Origin: Eledone cirrhosa
Taxonomy: Eukaryota
Assembly: GCA_964016885.1 (NCBI GenBank)
Contig: OZ024756.1
Location: 14,756,001 to 14,820,000, forward strand
Direction: 5' to 3'
Length of the DNA: 64,000 nucleotides
Position numbers and translations under genes: made by a program. Positions within the stretch are counted from its first letter, which is position 1. Each line of letters begins with the position of its first letter. Of the stretch, positions 60,060-64,000 are shown one piece after another. Below the pieces are notes generated by a model. It was not told the DNA's origin. It ran no database searches and saw only the letters and a program-made list of their open reading frames with translations.

Positions 60060-60186
60060 ATGAAAATATATATATATTATATATACAAATATAACTTCAG
60101 CGAGATCGTATTTCGGCGGTGGCCAAAAACAAAACGAAACGCAATCTTCGAGATATGCGGCAAGCGCTCAATGGACTAAAATAAGA

Positions 60187-60227
<41 letters not shown>

Positions 60228-60628
60228 AGTTAATATAAATTAATATATATGATAAAACACAAATACCAACATATAAGTGTTTGTATTGTAAATGACTAAG
60301 TTAGCTAGATTGAAAAATACTAATTATAATAATACAGTTTGCCTGTCTCGATTTAAAATAATAAATCAATAAAAACAAACGATTTTGGCAAATGGCCGTG
60401 GTACTCATTATTCTTAGTATATATATATATATATATATGGGTTTGTTGGTTCACCACTGGATAGAACTGTTCATTCTGTGTGGTCAACCTCGATGTGATA
60501 TTATGGAGAGTACTCAACGTAATGCAACTCACCCGTCTTCGTTTGTGCAGTTGGTGGTGCGAGTACGGAGTTAATTATTATAAAATAACAGGAGGCTGGA
60601 CTGGTGTAAATCCTTGAAAGGTTTATTA

Positions 60629-60683
60629 TACTATGATCATTTCAATGCCGGGTTCAGTATGAATCCGGTGACATCATCAGGTA
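60629..60683 (-). ncRNA. Hammerhead ribozyme, family D (element about 60439-60795)
   Basis: Minus strand: TAC-CTGATGA-TGTCACCGGATTC-ATACT-GAACCCGGCATT-GAAA-TGATCA-TA-GTA. Confidence 0.7.
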
Positions 60684-61079
60684 ATTCAAAATATAACGAA
60701 GGAATATAACAGATAAAAATCCATGGTGCTGAAAATCAGAGACAGGAGGGCGACCGGCAATTTAGCAGCTTCTACCTCGGTCAGCCGCCCTCAAGTCATA
60801 GGTATTACAGGTGAAAATTAATTGCGTCCGTATGCGGTATGCCAAGATGAGCACTCGATGTTCTTGGGGAGCAGAGTATCAATAATAATAATATATAAGG
60901 GTACAAAAAATCAGTGTTGCATCATATTCGTATTTAATTACATATTACATATGTTTCACTGCCTAGCAGCTCGAGGAGCGATCGATTAATATCGAACCTG
61001 ACTCTGGAATCAGAAGCACCTCAGAAATGTGTTAATATGTAGACTCGCGCCTAAGAGTGGTTCCACTCATTAATCAATA

Positions 61080-61360
61080 GTTCCTCAGACCGGGCGATGT
61101 GTTGTTTCCTTGAGCAAGGCACTTTATTTCACATTGCTCCAGTTTACACAGCTGTAGAAATAAGATGATAGGGACTGGGGTCCATATTATTCCACTGCAA
61201 AGTGGTCGTGGAGGCGCCACGGCAAAAAAAAAGCACACAGCACTCACTGTAAATGAGGTTGGTGTTAGGAAGGGCATCCAGCTGTAGAAATCAAGCCAGA
61301 ATCAGTTCCCGTCTCACCCTTGCAAGCAGGGAAAAGTGGACGTAGAATGAAATGATGATA
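61080..61360 (+). mobile_element. 5'-truncated composite SINE (CORE block plus GTTGGTGTTAGGAAGGGCATCCAGCTGTAGAAA block)
   Basis: CCTTGAGCAAGGCACTTTATTTCAC and a (TGA)n tail. Confidence 0.7.
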
Positions 61361-61366
61361 TATACA

Positions 61367-61444
61367 ATATTGTTATACTTTGGGAGTGTCATGTTGCCAA
61401 TAAGACCCTATTGGCAACATGACCCTCCCAAAGTATAACAATAT
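61367..61444. repeat. Hairpin with 36-bp arms (1 mismatch)
   Basis: ATATTGTTATACTTTGGGAGTGTCATGTTGCCAATA / TATTGGCAACATGACCCTCCCAAAGTATAACAATAT. Confidence 0.92.
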
Positions 61445-61539
61445 CGGTTTCAACACACGTTTTCAGATAAAGAATCTTGCTAAACAAATTCAGAAACGAA
61501 ATATATATACAATGATATTAAATAAATGGAAACTATATT

Positions 61540-61600
61540 TATTCTATTATATATATTCAAGGGTACCAAAAATGTTGGTACGCTATCATCAGATAAAATA
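61540..61600 (-). ncRNA. Family B hammerhead, degenerate (one A of GAAA lost)
   Basis: Minus strand: TATTTTAT-CTGATGA-TAGCGTACCAA..TTGGTACCCTT-GAA-TATATA-TA-ATAGAATA. Confidence 0.55.
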
Positions 61601-62255
61601 CAAAGTGTGTTTTATAAATTTTGACATAACCAAGGAGAATATACCTTAACGGTTCAAGTTATCCCTGGATAGTGAAAAGAAAAGAGAAGAAAAGTCAGAT
61701 ATTTCGAATTATTAAGATGAGTATGCAAATGAGGTTTTTTCAGCGAGATTTGGATTTCGGCTGTGGTCAAAAACAAAGCGAAACGCAATATCCGAGTTAT
61801 GCTGGCAAGCGCTCCATGGACCAAATAAGGACCAGAGCAATAGACATAGGTTATAGAGGCCAAACAAACTGAGATGGCGGTCAAGAAGCCATCAACCACC
61901 TAAGCCAAAATGACGAGGCAAGCCAAACAGGTCAAACAAAATAATTGAATATTTACCCGGACCTTTGTAAAAGATGGTATAATCCAGTACAGGGTTTCTG
62001 CGACACTTAAATCAAATATACTGCCTGCTTAAAATAATAAGCTTTTGGTATAATGACGAACAAGGCTGTCACTTCGTCAACAGGTATTTTGTTCTACGCC
62101 AGCATGCAGAATCACGCAATGGTATGTAGTAGTAAAACCACGTGTGTAACTCTTCAAGGGAGAAAACGCCAGATTTTGACAGATGAATTCAGTAAGTGTA
62201 AAATTAATGCAATAATTGCAAAAACTGCACAAATCGAATTAAGCGCTCGACCGGG

Positions 62256-62297
<42 letters not shown>

Positions 62298-62750
62298 AAT
62301 TCTTTCGCCAAATATAGGGGTTCCCTCCCTTGCTGGACTACATGTGCGTCCAGTAACAGGTCCCCCTGTATTTTTGAACGAAACATCCGCTGCGAAAGCA
62401 GTTTTCCACGTTCATCTCTTTACTAGAAGTCAGATATATTTTTTTATGTGGGCTGACAGTAATTGATTAAGGAACTGCAGAAACCCAAACAGCTAGAATT
62501 TAACATCCTTCTAGCGGGTCCGGGTGAGTTTTTACATTCATTTAATTTATTAATTTATTATTTGAGTGACCCGAATTTTCCTGGTCGTTTTTTTCGGCTG
62601 TGCGAATGATTCTAGGCATCGTCTCTATGTGTTGGTATTTTAACGATAGTTATAGCTCTGGTTCATCCAAAGTATTGAGCCCTCTGCCACACATGTCGAA
62701 GATTGTTTATCGTTATTTCGTGGGCGGAGATTCTGATTCTCGATTATTTA

Positions 62751-62813
<63 letters not shown>

Positions 62814-62866
62814 CAGGAAAGAAGGTTGACATGGTTTGCTATACAAAAAAGGTTTTTAATCTCATA

Positions 62867-62972
62867 GCTGACAATTGTTTCTCTGAACTGGTAGGTCTAG
62901 AGATCGCTATTCGCTTGTTTTCACGTTACTCGATCGCCAATACAAAATTATAACCAGTCAGTTCTTCGGAGC
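62867..62972 (-). ncRNA. Hammerhead with U4C core and long stem II (GUC site)
   Basis: Minus strand: GCT-CCGAAGA-ACTGACTGGT...ACCAGTTCAGA-GAAA-CAATTG-TC-AGC. Confidence 0.6.
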
Positions 62973-63164
62973 ATGCGAGAATGAAGAGAATATACAGGCA
63001 AGAAAAGAATATACAGGCTACTATATGAAGTAGTAATGGCATTCAGTTAGAATAATAACAACAATTACAACAATGCTATTAATAAATTATTTGAGGAGAC
63101 CCTGACATTACTTAGGTGGGGGGTATAGTGTATCTAAGATTTCGGCGTGTAAAACGTTACCTTG

Positions 63165-63231
<67 letters not shown>

Positions 63232-64000
63232 ATATGTGTGTGTGTTAGGGTTAAGGTTGATGAACAAACAGTGCAACTCTTCCTTGTGTAGGCTCCCATA
63301 ATAATCTCAACATTAATTATAAAAGATAATTAAAGCATCATTTGATATGTCTTCGAACCATTCCACAGAATTCAGAGTTATTTCTTACCATTGTTCTTGT
63401 AATATTTGCGTCTATAATCACGCCTTCTGCGCATATCTTTAGTCACACCCAGTGTATGCCTTTGATCACGCCCATGTGTGTATATTTCCTCAATTATAAT
63501 ATATATATATATATATATGATAATAAGGGCGCTGCGGAGTTGCAAATGGGTTACATATGAAAAAAGTTTGTCCTTCATCAGTGATCTTCCAACCATCATA
63601 GGCATTTCATCGCTTTAAAGACCATATACCTCCGGTTGGTGCGAGCAACGGCTAAAAAATGTCGTTGGGACACGTAAATAAAGGGGACGCGAGTGTAAAG
63701 AAACAAAATGGTGAGGCAACAGAAAGTGAGGAAGAAGGAGATAAGTCCCAAATTTCTATGAATTTAAATTCGGTGAAATCGTGAACGAGAGAATAAAGAC
63801 CATCAAACCTGGTTGAAATGTAAGCAAGGAAGGAATTTCGCACAGGTCTAACGGGAGGAAGAAGGGGTCTGGTCTGCGAATTCAGTAAACGTAAGTTCTG
63901 TGAAATCGTAGACGAGAGAGAGAGAAAAAATTCCGACCAGCTTGGCCGAGCGTGCGAGAGAAAAGAATCACACACAGGTCAAACGGGAAGAAAGAGGAGG

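Noticed and set aside
63520-64000. Purine-rich unique stretch as a gene or retroelement start
   Set aside because: No sustained ORF or recognisable motif, and it is cut off by the window edge.

Overview
Eukaryotic, very AT-rich, repeat-saturated DNA with one 200-N assembly gap (31284-31483). The SINE and repeat repertoire suggests a cephalopod (Octopus-like) intronic or intergenic region; that assignment is an inference from remembered repeat motifs, not from a search. No intact host gene is recognisable, and nearly all long ORFs in the track are translations of microsatellites or minisatellites. Real content: multi-kb (TA)n-based microsatellite mosaics; two abundant tRNA-derived SINE families; decayed LINE fragments (RTE, CR1-like, Tx1/L1-like, R4-like, CRE-like); Penelope-like element (PLE) fragments; a Helitron helicase relic and a non-autonomous Helitron; several MITEs; and minisatellites born from a piggyBac-like end and from a SINE core. 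The most striking hidden signal is about 20 intact or degenerate type I hammerhead ribozyme (HHR) motifs from about 10 short element families, mostly embedded in (TA)n. Many of these elements carry self-templated palindromes or 5' inversions and share a TTGAGTAC-like 3' motif, consistent with a diverse population of non-autonomous PLE-mobilised, retrozyme-like elements. A possible three-exon 3' end of a host gene lies at 23452-24060. All structures were folded by eye and element boundaries are approximate.
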